Positions 37,101-44,551 of a DNA stretch of 64,000 bases are shown one piece after another; within the stretch, counting starts at the first letter, position 1, and each line of letters begins with the position of its first letter. Under the pieces are notes generated by a model that saw only the letters and a list, made by a program, of their open reading frames with translations, had not been told where the DNA came from and ran no database searches. Made by a program: the position numbers and the translations under genes. Origin of the DNA: a virus. The DNA lies in IMG/VR virus record IMGVR_UViG_3300045988_177924, one strand, 5' to 3'.

Positions 37101-39440
37101 AAATTGGAACTTACGCCCAAGTCGTTTGCTCTTTATGACTCGAAAGGAAATGTGACAGAAGAGGCTGCGAAGTATATTACCGATCAATTGCGTAAATCCG
37201 ACAGGATGCAGGAGTTACTGCAAGGTTCTGTTTTGACGCTTTCTGAGGCTTTACAGGATAAGGACAAAAACGCCAATGTGATAGAATCTTTTGCGTCGGC
37301 TTTGGGGGTTTCAACGACGCGTCTTGAAGAGATGTCGAAGCAACTGGGGGCGCTTAAATTATCTGATTTGGTTAAATCCTCTTCTCAGTTACGCGAAATG
37401 CTCAACGGGTTGTACAGCATTCTAGACAGTTATTACGAAACGGGGTATTTGGACTTAGATGCTCAGGAAAAAATTATTTCTAATTATCCCGAATATGTTG
37501 ATTTCATTTCAGATCCCAGCAAGATTGTTGACCACATCAACCAAATAACGGCGGGTGTGAAAGAGTTGCATATAAGAAACTCTTTAAACGATTGGGCAAA
37601 AAACGAAAAAAATGCCGAGATTTACGTACGTGATTTTCTCAAGAGTTACCAAAATGGTGATTACAAAGGCTTGTTTACGGACAAAAGGTATTTTGGCGAA
37701 CTTAGTACTCCCGAACAAATGCTTCAGCGCATCGAGCTCCTGCTCAACGCCGATGACGAGAACGAGGCTGTTTTAAATGCCGTAAAAAACAATATTACAC
37801 AAGGTATGAAGAACCATGAGGCTATAGCTACAGCTTTAGCCGAACAGCTAGATAATTCTAAGAAACTTGAAAGTGTCAATAAGTATTTGGATAAATCTTA
37901 TGAAAAACAAATTAACGCACTAGAAGAACAAAAATCTGCACTAGAGCAAATCAACAGTCAACGGGAATATGAAAATAAACTTATTGAGGCTAAAATTAAA
38001 CTTGAGAACGCTCAAAACGAAAAGAAGAAAGTGTGGAGAGAAGGCGTTGGTTGGGTTTACGAAGCAGATACTGCCGCAATCGCAGATGCTCAAAAAGAGT
38101 TGGAAGATTTGGACAATGAGAAAAAAATTAACGAATTACAAACTCAAATTGATGAACTGCAGGCACAGCGCGAATATCTTGGGGACATTGCCAGTACCCA
38201 AGAGCTTGAGGGATTAAAAAAGGTTTATGAAAGTTGGCAAAAAGAAATAGGTATTAGTAACACAGGACAGGCACAGGCATTACATTATTTTGCTGAGGCT
38301 TATACCAAAATTCAACGACTAAACCTTGATACAACTCAAACAGGCTCCGACGGCAAGAAGACAGAGGATTATTTAAAAAATATCTCGGATAAACGCATTG
38401 AAGCCTTGGGTGCTGCCAAGGGAGCTTTTGAAGCAGGCATCACTGAAGCACCAGCATCGCGACAAGATTATACAGTAGCCGCTGTTGAGCAAGTTAACAA
38501 ATACAATAGTAAACTATCAGATTTTAAAAAAAGTGCTGATAAGTATTTGGAAGCTGGCGGTTCAAAAGAAGAATTGGCAAAAGAACTGGGGCTTACAACG
38601 GATGATAAAGGGACTGCAGTAGACAAACTCGACGCAATGCTAAATCGTGAAGAAGTGAAATTGGCGCCTGTTCGAGGAGCATATTTTGACTGGGATGGGC
38701 GGAAAAATATTTATGCGACTTGGCAACCGAGTCAAACCACCGATGCAGGGTGGAAAAAAGCCAAATCCAAAGACACGTACGTTTTACTAAACGGTGGAAA
38801 ATGGGCTCGTGTAGATCAAGCGTTTGGCATTTCGGAAAACAAAGGGTTGGACGACCCTAAATATGCTGGGCTATTTTTTGTTGAACTTAAGGGCAAAGAT
38901 CAACTTTTTTGGAATTCTGGGAATGGCATGTACAAAGCCTCTTTAAACGAAAAGGATTATGCGCAGACCCAAGGTGTTGATGATAGCGCGCCCGTTTCGT
39001 TCCCTACTCTAGAGGGCGGTTTTAACAAAGGTTACGATCTCGATCGCACTAAAAAATGGTTAGCATTAGAAGGCTTTGGGGCACACGCCGATGGTACTCT
39101 ATCTACCGCCGGTGGCCTCTCTCTCGTCAATGACGATCCTCAATATGGTCTTGAAGGCATCATTACTCCTCAAGGTACTTTGACGGCTCTTCCGTCGAAG
39201 TCTGGAGTTGTTCCCGCCGACCTTACGCGCAACGTATGGCAACTGGGCGAGGTTGCTCCTAACCTGATTAAACAACTTGTGGACATCAATGGCAAGTTCA
39301 GTCACACAACAGGGTTCGGAACCGACGAATCGTTTAATGTTGAACATCTGGATGTTCATATGGTTGCTCAACCTGGGTTTGATATGGATGACTTTGTGCG
39401 ACAACTTCAAGCTGCACGTAATCTCACAAGACATTCTTAA
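28113..39440 (+). CDS. giant tail tape measure protein (3,775 aa) with ~2,200-aa N-terminal extension
   Basis: GAGGAGG RBS. TP901-type TMP core is recognisable at aa ~2190-2530 (..TQIAASANEWLRQGYEAGQANELIKASTYLSKLGMIEAGQATTYLTSMIKGF..VDKLTAVDMEAAVSAGGIAAAMQNVATTAQLAGLS..). Glycine-zipper hydrophobic segment at aa ~2750-2817. Long coiled-coil C-terminal third. Confidence 0.8.
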   Translation: MEGMDYTPILTSVGSADSAIIAMLEDSQLTAENLGTTAAYLTDTLKTTTDKQLEAAVQQQKITQAQQKALAWIRDNFEQFPGEVRKTLKDTFSSLSTQMAKLPPAVVHEATRTLVLPLVDKIIGSLNDEEIGRLAMAKINQGLGVDNLNKYSAGYRAIFEQINKEYKSVLKDSTDLSEQFKKAKKALANTTLADFSSTSGSPAVNREIATLLDMAKKAKQQKNPDYNPTITNKDVTGSARRVTKVAEKIQQNAFSTQKEAESIILQYFDPKKLTQEGKNRAKQAAEYAANMQKAGYGVSFAQDNGSQEIKVIVYDKNSVNAFDRKGRVNRQNAAIASFAVGGLDKRNDDYVIDQAKRVKVSDAEAQKFVEMSQHAPKTIASARKRIGDIKNETVHKSTSKFDRQDNLYGVGADKALVESRTRFENEAKRLAKFEKDQGSTMTESELVKLFSQMFVSFAGFGERDIGVQKSLRDQQMKNGLSDAVIREFNKNFSWLPLVGSMGEEDSGHYRLWGAKEMKDKMALVTRKIQGRDIQPYAKQGKPERVQNIEVDVNRLFDQVDDLLNSADDKKREAAQLLDKNRDLIEGLVDGMALVSKDQIQNLDTIREGVSVKISKADLFKYGLKGKKKKSAENRRKAYQKLLAAEGREATDDNVDFYIDPETGDVTLTGKEVVRAHTGTKANSAYGNLRVVYREVVPEVIKAISTITGVELMPEKDSRATVVSAREETSSRNIGPLVTRAIDNAINELDKSQIEASVNKLGTTNLSTNIGQALVDVLLKKLSFSDALDKYVGSNVSARTKFTGETLYLLDELTGGKNGYEIVDGKLQTKALASSFTDVVGARYGEYEPRGAASLPTNWEVEDLERSARAAGVEITPENSDFLRTVQLVAFGATANDIEEKKKLIRDYNEHIERQAQLIGSRAGLNPDYINRNAGVNTIVVGSKDIYGNQAHFIDINALRRTEKLDNGQSDPEQRGETIWGKLDEQLQSIDQTQAKILVDLGADMGEARYFDLGKYTDEIGDYNESLESLLDAVRTGKTASEKKDLLTAVLKAEAYNFENTGGAVNEQFLAKMARHQEEARKAAQERYDKKYKKRLAYSTFYGENTNIVATDTTNEVDALQERMKDSGTYVDKEHIRASVALGLNAYKGDDNDAFVKNLAQYLQLFAEQGQDKAIESALANQNFKNFAEMVDFATNIFTTGTSEHENFYGGTNPILSRGVEAVLGRQPYSQAINLQYGGLVFGKEGLGTNVIESNRGLNKLIMGDFDGDKLYTALVQLRQAAQLIGATSEQFGWLDETLERVKRYNEFLYRVIGKNIPAITSSDADSSVILDLAKNQVLNDKQMAIVRSYQNQAKDKTGNWSNVAKGARNVLELQKLGTGAVVGGDLNSTIDFIKGSFVFEALEQAEQNAISSKKLWDVAIQDMQTTLGSDLDKVDEQTFAEQLDKSFNIAINKVIDEVYKNKANVNDVIQAGAEQGIYKDNKLEAWRSQRILGTLAMSKNVSAYKALEESGISPGDLEAIAQIVKPGRNWESFRGQQGDFQSQLLDQLNQGAFNQFGFSVDTLKAFGGNLDDDFLAQAKQAHGRFREETGPTGLGTAAGELIKAINKLTVAETKVDKTGFDPKIVSILEEIRDLLAKQGRGGLNGRYGQTYMTPTGIVSSLNPSSIDESAWGYLQGRMLGFKGSNIDWTKLNVKEKAKQFGYADIEQFKQDREGVVSTFIGTLAHAFSEGEIKQDPEIFKQATKDFTQALSMLFDKKDVDKYLLVANEYAQRGYNAYDRLAGPDAYRAAEERVRLNENSDVVKGKTDAIYTSKRMAESGQEYQVFNVVDFKNKAKVDANSIEQVLIYVEMYRRIKQDLDKLVREIGEDAALEKMSKQTLLSADTLRQLHESLDVSAQIVQNYQGKTKVYDVANVPRDIAQALVEGRSLTAEQQKIINNAATASSPLTQTMSPDFQKKYYKLTGEIFGVDGYSKNTVDYEKKIAEQKALEEQLNKVQTEQGEESTVFKKLTQYYNNLLEEIKALEEIRKRQVQELKLTKGMKGSVTRTTRNQVQQLLETGDLHFGYEKILKDDEKQRLLAQKQREAVLNQYKRYNDQIAKTEKDMLVLDKQSRTTPSKLERGIQADRGQIDILKAELKELVEKRNLLVENNKLTQAETAEADAQLQTKRELNRLKVAGMAKGAGNWLDVIGSGVKNTITRMFDYNGVYRILNRITQGLRQLVQQVNELDVAMFNLQVVSGDSRQEVSALINDYGKLAQQLHTTTTQIAASANEWLRQGYEAGQANELIKASTYLSKLGMIEAGQATTYLTSMIKGFKLEAADAVNIVDKLTAVDMEAAVSAGGIAAAMQNVATTAQLAGLSIDKTIGYLSTMIEVTQRDPSSMGMALRTVLARYGNVKAGTFTNMTGIESSDADLENVNDIEKVLGKVGIRIRENAQEFRDFGDVIDELSEKWQKYDSVTKNAIATAMAGVRQRESFLVLMENKDRADELEDVSSLSKGTADTKYAAYQQTLMAAKADLQTSLQSLAKSIQDSGLLIAFTKLANILIKTVVPGFNALASMLWARNSFKLTEQIKYSLNQRKTTSAASLGFFAQKTQQEALRRQEWQQEFYKKKEGTNQTYVDRLLGKTSPKTALSSFTNVLNDASTAVRGFTGAINGSPVQSTTSSQAPSKTPVVDPRRLVYTEAGEWPSVDEYAKGSRFRRLNRAKIRKDLQSGRITTVDASNIKQKYKQIAKEDRQQAKALLGQQITGNVAGAVGAGVTSALTTGFNQEGSAGAKATAGVTAGALTGVGALFGPMGAVIGSTLGSILGPVFAKLVDKEENERKQRAEAAQKQLDALNSLNNTFDEVHDYTEKEYLTSEAILAIKERVDSIDEQMATSGLSFDDYLKQAATQLGLGEDFQTIEDIRELLTAADEKTRQKAQEVFDLAQSMAKVQTTQESKAVSDMSYDEKRVYWRALDKEYIKQAFITSGLEQMSLRQLSQTNLDDAIKQVAAQFEKLELTPKSFALYDSKGNVTEEAAKYITDQLRKSDRMQELLQGSVLTLSEALQDKDKNANVIESFASALGVSTTRLEEMSKQLGALKLSDLVKSSSQLREMLNGLYSILDSYYETGYLDLDAQEKIISNYPEYVDFISDPSKIVDHINQITAGVKELHIRNSLNDWAKNEKNAEIYVRDFLKSYQNGDYKGLFTDKRYFGELSTPEQMLQRIELLLNADDENEAVLNAVKNNITQGMKNHEAIATALAEQLDNSKKLESVNKYLDKSYEKQINALEEQKSALEQINSQREYENKLIEAKIKLENAQNEKKKVWREGVGWVYEADTAAIADAQKELEDLDNEKKINELQTQIDELQAQREYLGDIASTQELEGLKKVYESWQKEIGISNTGQAQALHYFAEAYTKIQRLNLDTTQTGSDGKKTEDYLKNISDKRIEALGAAKGAFEAGITEAPASRQDYTVAAVEQVNKYNSKLSDFKKSADKYLEAGGSKEELAKELGLTTDDKGTAVDKLDAMLNREEVKLAPVRGAYFDWDGRKNIYATWQPSQTTDAGWKKAKSKDTYVLLNGGKWARVDQAFGISENKGLDDPKYAGLFFVELKGKDQLFWNSGNGMYKASLNEKDYAQTQGVDDSAPVSFPTLEGGFNKGYDLDRTKKWLALEGFGAHADGTLSTAGGLSLVNDDPQYGLEGIITPQGTLTALPSKSGVVPADLTRNVWQLGEVAPNLIKQLVDINGKFSHTTGFGTDESFNVEHLDVHMVAQPGFDMDDFVRQLQAARNLTRHS
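31782..31916 (+). other. double-psi-beta-barrel RNA-polymerase-like catalytic signature inside the TMP ORF
   Basis: aa 1224-1268 read GRQPYSQAINLQYGGLVFGKEGLGTNVIESNRGLNKLIMGDFDGD. Compare beta-prime/Rpb1 NR(A/Q)P(T/S)LH...NADFDGD and the RdRP/YonO-type GDxDGD. Confidence 0.45.
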
Positions 39441-39458
39441 TGTATTTTAACTTATTTC

Positions 39459-39492
39459 ACGCAGATTCCCCATTTATTAGGGGATTCTGCGT
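39459..39492 (+). terminator. hairpin terminator after tape measure gene
   Basis: acgcagattcccc-atttatta-ggggattctgcgt (13-bp stem, one mismatch). An A/T-rich tail follows. Confidence 0.55.
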
Positions 39493-39607
39493 TGAAATAA
39501 TAAAATCTTCATTTTATTTGAAGGTTGATAACGAGTTTTTAGCGACGTTCTCGAAAAAACGTCTCTTCCAAAATACTTTAGGGGGCTTAGTCCCGAAGGA
39601 GTGAAAC

Positions 39608-42600
39608 ATGAGTTATAAATTAACCCAAACGGGGCAAAAAGTTCAAGAACTGCTCAATCAGATGCAGAACGATGGGCAATCACAAGTCACTGATGCGGTG
39701 TTGTATTCTGAGCAGGCTCTCAATGAAAAAGAACAAGCACAAGCAAGGAAAAATATAGGGGCCGCTGCTGAAAATCAAATTCCCACCGGAGCGGTGTTGT
39801 ATTCCCAACAACAAAACCTCACAGGTGACCAACAAGCGCAAGCGAGAACTAATATTGGTGTGCCTAACAAGGTAAGTGAATTAGAAAATGATGCTCACTA
39901 CATTACCGAAAGCCAAGTGCCCATTGCTCTTCCTCAAAAAACTGGAGCTATACAAAGTGGTGTCTTACCCACATCTGGGTGGAGCACCTTTGACAAAGAG
40001 TGGGTACAAACCACACTACCTGCAAATAGAAGGTGGCATGATGTGGCCTATGGCGACGGTAAATTTGTCGCGGTTGCAAGTGATAGTGACAAAGGTGCAT
40101 ACTCAACTGATGGTATAAGTTGGACAGAAATGAGTATGCCTGCAAACCGTGATTGGTACAGCGTAACATACGGTAACGGTAAGTTTGTTGCGGTCGCACT
40201 TGGAACAGATAAAGGTGCATACTCTACCGATGGTATAAACTGGACAGAATTCACAATGCCCGCAAGCCGTGATTGGCGAAGCGTAACCTATGGCGACGGC
40301 ACGTTTGTTACAGTAGCACATAATAGTTCCGTGGGCGCATACTCGCCTGACGGCATCACTTGGACTACAACGACTTTGCCCGCAAATCGATATTGGTACA
40401 GTGTAACCTATGGCAACGGAAAGTTTGTTGCGGTCGCAGAAAATTACAATAGTAGCGCGTGTGATAAAGGGGCATGTTCTAATGACGGAATAAATTGGGT
40501 TGAAGTTACTTTACCCGCACGCCAACGGTGGCGGTGTGTAGCCTATGGCAGTGGTAAATTTGTTGCGATGGGGCTAGATTCTAGATACGGAGCATACTCA
40601 ACTGATGGCATCAATTGGGGGCGAATGTCTTTGTCTGCAAGCCGTAGTTGGCTCAATATAACATATGGCGATGGTAGATTCGTGTCGCTGGCGAGTAGTA
40701 GCGAAAAAGGTGCATACTCTACTGACGGCATAAATTGGGTTGAATTTACTTTGCCTTCGACGGAATTTTGGAGTGGTGTAACCTACGGCAATGACAAGTT
40801 TGTAGCCGTGGCGTCACAGACCAACAAAGGGGCAAGTGGCCCAAAAGTAACCTATTTAATTACCGACACTTTCATAACCGCCAACAGTGATATCCTTATG
40901 GAACTCACAGATGAAGGCGGAGTAAAGTCCTATTCAATGGAAGCAGGCAAGATAACGGTTATCCGCGACACAGTGCCTACACAGCCTATCCCGTACACCT
41001 ACAAGGTCAAGCAGACGAACGCAAGCGGGCAGTTTACTTTGGTAAACCACTATGTGCCCCAAAAGGTAAGCGAATTCGAAAACGATGCGCATTATGTCAC
41101 CCAAAACCAGGTGCCAGTTGCTCTTCCTCAAAAAACTGGTGTAATACAAAGTGGTGTCTTACCAACAACCGGGTGGAGTCCGTTTGATGGAGACTGGCAA
41201 GACACAACGATGCCTTGGGAGCAACCCTGGAACGATGTGGCCTATGGCGATGGCAAATTTGTCGCTATAGCCGAACAAACATCACGCGGAGCTTATTCTG
41301 AAGATGGTATAACATGGAAACAAATGAACATGCCAGTTTCGGCCTATTGGAGCAGTATAGCTTATGGTAACGGGAAATTTGTTGCTGTTTCGTACAATCA
41401 TTCAACAGTGAGTGCTTATTCGCTCGACGGTGTAAATTGGACTCAAACAACGATGCCTGCGAGCGCCAACTGGTGTAGCGTGATTTATGGGGCGGATAAA
41501 TTTGTTGCGGTTGCCAATCCAAGCGATCGTGCGGCATACTCTTTAGACGGCATCACTTGGGTTGAGACAACGATGCCATCTAATTCTCCTTGGCTCGACA
41601 TCGCATATGGTAATAATAAATTTATTGTAGTTAGTTATGAAGGGGGTAATTTAGCTTACTCAAACGATGGAATCACTTGGGAACAAACCACCATGTTTCC
41701 ATATGCCGGCTGGAGAAGCGTTGCTTATGGCAATGGCGTATTTGTAGCTGTTGAACGTGACAGTAATAATGCGGCCTATTCTTCCGACGGGATCAACTGG
41801 ACGATGACAAAATTGCCAGCAAGCGGGTTTTGGGGGCATGTGGTCTATGGTAATGGTTTGTTTGTGGCAACCATAGGAGATGGCTCTGCCGCCGCGTATT
41901 CTCGCGATGGTATTAATTGGACTTCGTTAGGTAAAACAACTAGGGATTATTGGGATGTGGCCTATGGTGATGGCAAATTTGTTGCTGTGTTTTATGGCCA
42001 AGAGGGGGCATATTTAAAAATTGCTCCTGGGGTTGTGTACACTATTCGTGATAATTCGATTACAGAGACTAGTGATGTGTTAATGGAAGTGTCAGACAGT
42101 GGACAGATTCAAGCACACGGAATTTCAAAATATAACATCACTATTATTCGTGACACAGAGCCCACAGCTTCAATTCCATACACTTACAAAGTTAAGGAGA
42201 CAAATAATCAAGGGCAGTTTACCATTGTTAATAACTATTTGCCAGACATCCCCACAAAGGTGAGTCAATTAGAAAATGATGCCCACTATATTACCGAATC
42301 TCAGGTTCCTACTAAAATTAGCCAATTCGCGAATGATATGGATTATGCCACTGTAGGGCAAATACCGACAAAAGTGAGCCAACTTAATAACGATCAGAAT
42401 TTCACTGATAACATTGGTACCATCACCCAAATTAAAATTAACGGCAAAGTTAAAAATCCACAACCTAGTGGTCTCATCGATTTGGGCAATATTACACCAG
42501 AGCCTACGGATTGGACAACGGTGCCTATCACTACGGCTTTAGAAAACGGGAAAACTTATGTTGTTAAACTTGACACGACACCTTACCCATTGACCGCAAT

Positions 42601-44527
42601 CTTCACAATGAGCGAAGCTCTGGATGCTATTGACGCTAATGTTGTTGGTGGCACCCAGCAGGGAACAGATGGTGCATCCACATATGAACTGAAGTCTGCA
42701 ACCATCACGGTGAAAGATGGTAAGTTGACTGGACTCAAATCGACCAACCTGGTTTCTAATGCTAATCCCGGCGCGGCGAATTTGGCTTACAGTGAGTCCA
42801 CGTTTGCTGATTTGGGAATTACACAGTATCACTATATTGAATTGCTGAACTCTGTTGGCGGCGGAATGTCTGGCAAGGGGGTAAACTACACCGCGATTAA
42901 AGACACTCTGGCGATAGACAAATGGACAACTGATGAAATTCACGTTGAGGGAGAAATCTTACCTACGGCAGAAATTGTGTTGATGACCTTCGATAGCACT
43001 GTGCAACACACCATCGACAAGACGAAAGAAAATACCTTGTTAATTGGTCACGCAACGGCGGACGAGTTGAAAAATATTGGGTATTGGGCTTTTGATGGAC
43101 AATCTTTGGTTGTGAACGTAATCTCCTCTACCGACCCAGACACCAACACTCCTCTTCCGGTGCTGTTTAGTGAAACAACTGATACGTATTTTAAATATCT
43201 TTACCAGGAAAGGAATACTACGTTGGCTACATTATATGTATATAAATCAAATTACGATACGTATACAGCTGGGGATATTGTGCTTGTGCTTAGTGCGGAT
43301 GTGGCCAGTGGTATTGATTGGTTAAAATGTAGCACGTTAACACCCTCTTCGGAGCTTGCAGGAATGTCGGCAGTTAATTTTTACGGATATACGTTCCCTT
43401 CGGATTTAACAGGAACCTCTATTACCATAGATGTTTTGTGCACAAAAACAGATAACCCTGATATACGCAAAACTTTGCTGATGCCGTATATGGGCGCCGA
43501 AGAAGTCGCCCCTGGCGCAATGCTTCATATGTATATTTATGAACCAGCTACAGCAGAGGAGGCGCAGGCCTTCCCAATGGCTTTTATGGCTTATGTATTT
43601 ACCTCAAACATACCTGAGCTTGCACCGGCTGGGACGATAATTGTATTCGGCGGAGATCAAAGTTCGGGGAGTGATCCCAAATATGTGTTCTCAAAGCTTT
43701 TTTCTTTGACTACTGCTGGGATGGCGCCCGTAACCTACACATATTTAAACGAGAATATTAAACTTGAATCTGCAATTAAAGTATATTTGAACGACAGTGA
43801 AAATATTCAAATCATTGACAGACAAGAGGGGTATGTTCAGTTCAAGCGTGCTAAGGTGGCAGACATTCCGTTTAGTATGGAGATCCTTGACACGGAAGAA
43901 GAAGGGTTGTTGCGACTGTTCAATTCTTATATGCCACAAAAGATTAGTGCATTCCAAAACGATGCCAAGTACTTAACGGCCCAGAATTTGGATTATAGTT
44001 CTCCAATATCTCTTGATAAGGCGGAGGACGGGACGGTTACGATTGGTATATCATCAAGCGGTAACACAGCATTTGCTCAATATTCTTCTTCGCCGACAAG
44101 CGGTACTCTACAGGTCGACAAATGGGTTGAAGAAAGTGGGTATTATACTTATACTATTTCGGATTATTCTATTTATTACGACACTGATATCATCTTGAAC
44201 GTGAATACGCCAGTAGCATTGTCAGCGTTGAGTTTAAGCAGTGACACACTTAAGATTAAAGCCTTGACTAAGCCTACCGAGTCGATTGATTATTCGTACA
44301 AAGCTTTGCGCACTAATCGAAGTGGTCAATTCACAATTGTTAATAGTTATATGCCAACTATGCCAACCAAGGTTAGCGAATTGGAGAATGACAGTGGTTA
44401 TATTACGCAGCTAGTGACTGAAACATTGCACGGAACCAAACGATATAAAACATTTGAAGATTTAACCGATTGTGTATTAGAGTTGGGACAATACGACGCG
44501 GAGGGCAAGTATGTATATTGTGTATAA
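39608..44527 (+). CDS. giant modular tail fibre / adhesin (1,639 aa) with two 7-bladed propeller-like repeat arrays
   Basis: AAGGAG RBS. Five joint motifs KVS(E/Q)(L/F)END(A/S)xY(I/V)T. Two arrays of seven ~42-aa units W..V.YG.GKFVAVA....GAYS.DGI.WT...(M/L)P (Asp-box-like), at nt ~40030-40840 and ~41200-42015. Confidence 0.7.
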   Translation: MSYKLTQTGQKVQELLNQMQNDGQSQVTDAVLYSEQALNEKEQAQARKNIGAAAENQIPTGAVLYSQQQNLTGDQQAQARTNIGVPNKVSELENDAHYITESQVPIALPQKTGAIQSGVLPTSGWSTFDKEWVQTTLPANRRWHDVAYGDGKFVAVASDSDKGAYSTDGISWTEMSMPANRDWYSVTYGNGKFVAVALGTDKGAYSTDGINWTEFTMPASRDWRSVTYGDGTFVTVAHNSSVGAYSPDGITWTTTTLPANRYWYSVTYGNGKFVAVAENYNSSACDKGACSNDGINWVEVTLPARQRWRCVAYGSGKFVAMGLDSRYGAYSTDGINWGRMSLSASRSWLNITYGDGRFVSLASSSEKGAYSTDGINWVEFTLPSTEFWSGVTYGNDKFVAVASQTNKGASGPKVTYLITDTFITANSDILMELTDEGGVKSYSMEAGKITVIRDTVPTQPIPYTYKVKQTNASGQFTLVNHYVPQKVSEFENDAHYVTQNQVPVALPQKTGVIQSGVLPTTGWSPFDGDWQDTTMPWEQPWNDVAYGDGKFVAIAEQTSRGAYSEDGITWKQMNMPVSAYWSSIAYGNGKFVAVSYNHSTVSAYSLDGVNWTQTTMPASANWCSVIYGADKFVAVANPSDRAAYSLDGITWVETTMPSNSPWLDIAYGNNKFIVVSYEGGNLAYSNDGITWEQTTMFPYAGWRSVAYGNGVFVAVERDSNNAAYSSDGINWTMTKLPASGFWGHVVYGNGLFVATIGDGSAAAYSRDGINWTSLGKTTRDYWDVAYGDGKFVAVFYGQEGAYLKIAPGVVYTIRDNSITETSDVLMEVSDSGQIQAHGISKYNITIIRDTEPTASIPYTYKVKETNNQGQFTIVNNYLPDIPTKVSQLENDAHYITESQVPTKISQFANDMDYATVGQIPTKVSQLNNDQNFTDNIGTITQIKINGKVKNPQPSGLIDLGNITPEPTDWTTVPITTALENGKTYVVKLDTTPYPLTAIFTMSEALDAIDANVVGGTQQGTDGASTYELKSATITVKDGKLTGLKSTNLVSNANPGAANLAYSESTFADLGITQYHYIELLNSVGGGMSGKGVNYTAIKDTLAIDKWTTDEIHVEGEILPTAEIVLMTFDSTVQHTIDKTKENTLLIGHATADELKNIGYWAFDGQSLVVNVISSTDPDTNTPLPVLFSETTDTYFKYLYQERNTTLATLYVYKSNYDTYTAGDIVLVLSADVASGIDWLKCSTLTPSSELAGMSAVNFYGYTFPSDLTGTSITIDVLCTKTDNPDIRKTLLMPYMGAEEVAPGAMLHMYIYEPATAEEAQAFPMAFMAYVFTSNIPELAPAGTIIVFGGDQSSGSDPKYVFSKLFSLTTAGMAPVTYTYLNENIKLESAIKVYLNDSENIQIIDRQEGYVQFKRAKVADIPFSMEILDTEEEGLLRLFNSYMPQKISAFQNDAKYLTAQNLDYSSPISLDKAEDGTVTIGISSSGNTAFAQYSSSPTSGTLQVDKWVEESGYYTYTISDYSIYYDTDIILNVNTPVALSALSLSSDTLKIKALTKPTESIDYSYKALRTNRSGQFTIVNSYMPTMPTKVSELENDSGYITQLVTETLHGTKRYKTFEDLTDCVLELGQYDAEGKYVYCV

Positions 44528-44551
44528 AAAATTAGATGGGAGGAATAAAGA

